Part shown: piece after piece, positions 59,441 through 64,000 of the stretch
Position numbering within the stretch: the first letter of the stretch is position 1
How the letters are laid out: the number at the start of each line of letters is the position of its first letter
Source: Lama guanicoe
Lineage: Eukaryota
Length of the DNA: 64,000 nucleotides
Assembly (NCBI GenBank): GCA_013239625.1
Contig: MU056262.1
Span: 9,462,134 to 9,526,133 of the forward strand
Direction: 5' to 3'
Program-made: the position numbers and the translations under genes
The notes under the pieces: generated by a model
Database searches by the model: none
What the model saw: the letters and a program-made list of their open reading frames with translations, nothing else
What the model was told of the DNA's origin: nothing

Positions 59441-62400
59441 ATGCTTTTTCCACGTCACCCTCTGCTTCCCTCTGGTTCTCAGCAGGGGCCTGTGTGGAAA
59501 GCCTGCTCCCTGACAACAGGTGGATCCACTGGGCTGGAGCCCAGATGATGCCCTGGAGGGCAATGCTGATGCCAGCCCTGCCTCACTGGCTCACTGTGGG
59601 GCCCCATGTTCCTGCTTCGGCCTCCACAGCCTTGGCCACTCTGAGGAGTCGGGGTGGGGGTACCAGACTCACTCCTGCCTCTGAATCCAGGACGAGCGTC
59701 CCCTCTCCTCATGGGGAGACCATGAGGGGTGAAGTCCTTGCAGCTGGAAACAAATAGCTTCGAGAGCCCCATCACCAGGGTTAGTTTTGTGAACCCCGTC
59801 CTCCAGGAAAAATCATTCCTGAAGAACTTGGATGCTGACAGTCTGTTTTCCATTCCCTAATCATTCAGAAAAATACATCCATTTCAGTTTATTCAAAACA
59901 GTGGAAAATCATTGAGGTTTTTCCTGTGTAAAGGTCAAACTATAAAAAGAAAAGTGGACTCAGAGAAATCCAGGCTAGTCATGAAACCGTGGCAGTGTAT
60001 TAAAATGGATCCGAAAAAGGTTTTAATCCTCCTTTGGAAACAGCTCATAATAATCTCCTGTCTACTCTCCCCTATGTGTGTTAAGTTTCTGTTTTTAAGT
60101 TCAAGGACACAAAGCAAGTGACTTTGAATGGGTGAAGCTCGGGCTGTGCAGATCTAGTCCTGGCTCAGAATCCCTGACCAGCTGTTACACACCAACTGTG
60201 AAGCCTGCAGCAAGAACTCTCAGGCCCTGAGCCTCAGTTCCCTTGCCTGCAAGATGGGGAAGATCCTGGTCTTGGGAGCTCTCCTAGCCGCCTGGGGTGC
60301 TGCCTGACAAGGTGCAGGCCTAGGGGCCTCTGAGAACCTTCCCACTATCCAATCCATGCCGTCCGCCTGAGGGACACACAGGTGCGGCCTGGCTTGGCCC
60401 ATGGCGAAACGGACTCTGAGGACCATGGCCTGGCCCCAGAGACAGATGCCCTGCTCTGGCCTCCTGCCCTGCCTCTGGCACCTGGACATCCCCAGACTCT
60501 GATGGGGCTCTGGCCCATGGACGTGGGTGACCTGTGGAGGCCTTGCAGCTGAGAGACAAACAAGTATCTGCAAGATCCCCATCATGAGGACATTTTAAAG
60601 GGCTCTCAGTAATTTAACTGTTTTTGTGAAGCTGAGCAAATGATGGGGGAATGATAGAGTATTTCAAAAACACAGCCTGGACAGGAAAAATCCTGGCTTT
60701 CTTCTTTGTTAAAAACTTGGAGAAAATCTTTAGGAGTCTCTTTGGGAAGATAAGGAACAACTGTGTCGCCTCTTCTTTATCAAATCAAGACTCCAAGTCT
60801 GCTCAATTTTGTGCGGCCCTGCAGTGGAGGAGGCCTAGCCCAGTCTCCGCCACACCAGCCCGCTCACTGGTGCAGAGAGGATGGGGTCCAGAAGATGCAG
60901 TCAGGTTTCCTGGTGGCAGTCCCTCCAAGACGTAGGAGGCCCCCACAAATGGGAGCTGGCTTCTGTTTCTTGATTTGTGTCCAAGTAGGAACAGGAGAAA
61001 TGGCATGGGTAAAACTCTGTAGGGGAGAGTGCCAGCTCTTGGCCCCAGCCAACAGGGGCGGAGCGGGAGATGAGGGAGGCTGGCAGCAGCCAGATCCCAC
61101 AGACATCGAATTGAGAGAGTGACAGGTTTCATTTGTGTTCTACAAAGGTCGCATGGGCTGCGGGGGCGGTGGGGAGGGCTCAGGGGCGGCAGGGCCCGAT
61201 TGCCTTGGTCACCCGGGGACATGGTGGTGGGAGGCACAGGGGATGATGCATCAGGAGAGCTCGTGGACTGGGGTGGTGTGGAGGACAAGGAAGAAGTGAG
61301 CCTGGGGGGAGGCCTCGCAGGCCTGTGGCCTGGGCACCTGGGTGGATGTGAGGCTCAATATGAGATGAGACGAGGGAGGGGTGGTATGGATGTGTCTAGT
61401 GTGAGTCAGAGCTGGGCAGGTAGAAACCGAGGTACTTGAGGACATCAGGGTGGACCAGGGTGCTGTGGGACATAAAAGGACTGTTAGGGAGAGAATCAAG
61501 CCAGAGGCAGAAAAGTGGGTGAGACCGCACACAGGTAGCTGGTAACTGAAGCCAGAGAATGGAGGAGGTCCCACTGGGAGAGTGTAGGGTGAGGCCCCAA
61601 GAGGGCCAGGAAAAGCTCCAAGAATCATGGACATTTGAGCTTAAGGAAAAGGACTCCATAAAGAAGCCTAAGGGGTGGGCAGAGGGGTGACTGGGAGAGC
61701 GCAGAGTCAGGGGTCTGCAGAGGTTAGGGCCCTGAGGAGGGTTGCCTTAGAGACTGGGCTCCTGGCCGGGTTAACCTGGGTGAGTGAGAGGGATTTGGCC
61801 CGATCAGCGATGCTGAGTTCCTGCTGCGATTTCGGCCAGCTCTGCAGGTTTGCAGATAGTCTGTTTTCCTGGAGAGAAGGTTCAAAGAGGGCTCCTTGGG
61901 CATTTCCAGGAGATCTGTGTGTGGAAACTATCCTACATCTTTAATTTCCTCCCTGACAGGACCTTTTCAATTTAGGTAAAAGTCTAACCAAGGCTTCTGT
62001 GTTTATATTATTTTCACCTTGACTTTAAAAAATATTTATAGCAAATGCTTATTTTAAATATTAATAGGAGGTTCTGTTTTGTTATCCTTCATGCTCTTCA
62101 AATGAAGAGCCTAATTTTAAATTACATACGTAATTTGTAGACTCCACCTCTTCAGCGTTTTTTTCAGGTCACAAGAGACCTGTCTTAGACCGTTAGGTAT
62201 TTAATGTGACATGTTCTGCTTTGCAAAGTAAAAGAGAAAGGGTGGTTTTTTGGCTCAGATACAGCAGCCTTGCCCCCAAATGTGTCCAACAGCCTAATTT
62301 AGTATTAAAGCTCTGAAGTGATTGATTATCTATTAGGGTGGCTATTTAAAGAGTTCATCGAATAAGATTCAAACCAACAACGCCTGCACTGCAGGGGCAG

Positions 62401-63379
62401 TGAGGCGAGGCCAGGCAGAACCAAATGGAATCTGAATGGAGCCGTGGATTCTGCCTCCCTTGAGGCTTGGAGAGTGGATCTCTGTTAAGAAAATTAACAG
62501 GTTGCTGTGGTCTGTGTGCCTGCTGATCAGGCAGGTCCCAGCTGCTTCCTGCTGAGCCCAGATCGAAGAGGACTCCTCACTGTGAATGAAAACTCATGGG
62601 GCACAGCTCGGACTGGACCCTTTCCTCTCTCTTTGCCTCACCCGTCCCTCCCTCATCTCTCCCTTGTGCTCTGCAGCCCCATCCCACCCACCCCTCCCTG
62701 GGGCCTCAGACCCTGAGCAGTCCCAGGCCTACGCTCCCACCCCATCTTCCCTCCCCAGGTTGTTGCAGCCATCCAGCAGGGTTTGCCCCCAATCCTTCCT
62801 GACCCTCCAATCCAGCTCATCACCGACAAACTGCAAAATCAAGGTCTAAGGCCGCTGTCATCTTCTCCTAACCCTGGCAGGTGTCCTCTTATTGGCACTA
62901 CCCAACTTTTCCCCTCACCCTGCCTCCTCCTCGTGTGCTTAGCAAACACTTTACCTTGGCAGGTTCACCAGGAAGCAATAACACTGCTAAAACTGGGTGC
63001 TGATGGACCTTTCATTTCTCAAGTTGTGTGTGTAGGTAGGTGTGCCTTAGGTGGGTATTCAGCAGTTTCCAGGCTGAAGTTAATGCTGCCCACGCTGACC
63101 AGAGCAGCCCTTGGGGCTTCAGCACCATCTATGTGGTGCATCAGAGCACAGGCAATGCTGTCCTCCAGGGGCATCTTGGCTGGTCCTAGGCCTGCCTTGT
63201 CCAAGCCCAGGTGGGAGGCCTGTGTCCTCGGAGGATGCCTCAGTCCCCACAAGAGCTCCGTGGCTGAAGAGTTCCCTGTGGATTGCTAGGGCACTCAGTC
63301 ACAAACGCTGTACCCGAGGGCTCTTTGTGGTGGCTGCTGTGGTGTCCACCCAGACCCTGCCTTCGGGGTCAGCGCATCC

Positions 63380-63665
63380 ATCCCCTGGATGCTGGGACTA
63401 TCTCACAGCAGAGGCCCTCCCTGGAATTGCCCTCAGCGGAGGTGAACTGCCTCCATCAGGGTAAGCCCTCTCCCAGAGGTTGGCCTGTGGCCATGACTGG
63501 CTGACGAGGAGGAAGCACCAAGGCCAGGCCCTTTGGCCTCCATGTGGGACAACCCTGAGGGGCCATCTCAGCTCTTGAGCTCCCTAGAGATCTGCTGAAG
63601 CCCAGGTGCAACCACAATCTGGGTCAGTTTCTCCTCTGCCCAGTCCTGCCTTCTTTACTTCCTTG
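63380..63665 (+). mobile_element. LTR16-like ERVL LTR relic
   Basis: ggacaaccctgaggggccatctcagctc...tctcctctgcccagtcctgccttc resembles LTR16. Confidence 0.6.
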
Positions 63666-64000
63666 CACTCGCCATCAAGTCTGCACACAGCTGGAGGAGC
63701 CCCCCCTAAGACAGCTGCCATGGCTGAGCTCAGAGAGAGGTGGGGCCGACCTGGAGCCCCTCCGCCCTTCCAAACTCCTGATTCAGAGCCACCCTGGCCA
63801 TGCTGCGCTGGGGCTGCTGAGGTCTCAATTGCTCTGTTGTTACATTCAAGCCTCCCTAAGAGGTTGCTTGGAAGACATTTCTTTTTGGACTTGAACTTAG
63901 GAAAAGTTGTGCTTCTTTGGGCCTTTGGTCTGTGTTTGATTTGTGTTTATACCACCGACACTAACGGTTGGGGAAAAGATTGGGCTTGCTTTGCTTTGAC

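Overview
Mammalian genomic DNA, very likely a camelid (camel, alpaca or llama), judged from a vic-1-like tRNA-derived SINE and a camelid-type L1 3' end recognised from memory. The window holds a convergent gene pair. On the + strand are the last 10 coding exons of PRMT7 (1994-11122; exons 10-19 by human numbering). On the - strand is the complete coding region of SMPD3 (neutral sphingomyelinase 2; 7 coding exons, 25433->15164, 1962 nt = 653 aa + stop), with a ~2.95 kb 3'UTR and ~38 kb of 5' intronic sequence. The canonical SMPD3 exon 1 is probably beyond the right edge. Both spliced reading frames are intact with GT-AG junctions. The rest is intron containing old repeats (MIR, L2, MLT1, LTR16, MER2, MER103) and a few better-preserved insertions with target-site duplications. 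Almost all ORFs in the supplied track are spurious. No novel protein-coding system is supported. The best leads are regulatory: three strong-context uORFs in the SMPD3 leader including an AUG-UAG start-stop element, two candidate internal SMPD3 promoters with candidate non-coding exons at 38.8-41.5 kb, several AT-rich motif-dense enhancer candidates, apparent cysteine losses in nSMase2, and a PRMT7 poly(A) signal 2 nt after its stop codon. Repeat family names and cross-species comparisons are from memory and need database confirmation.
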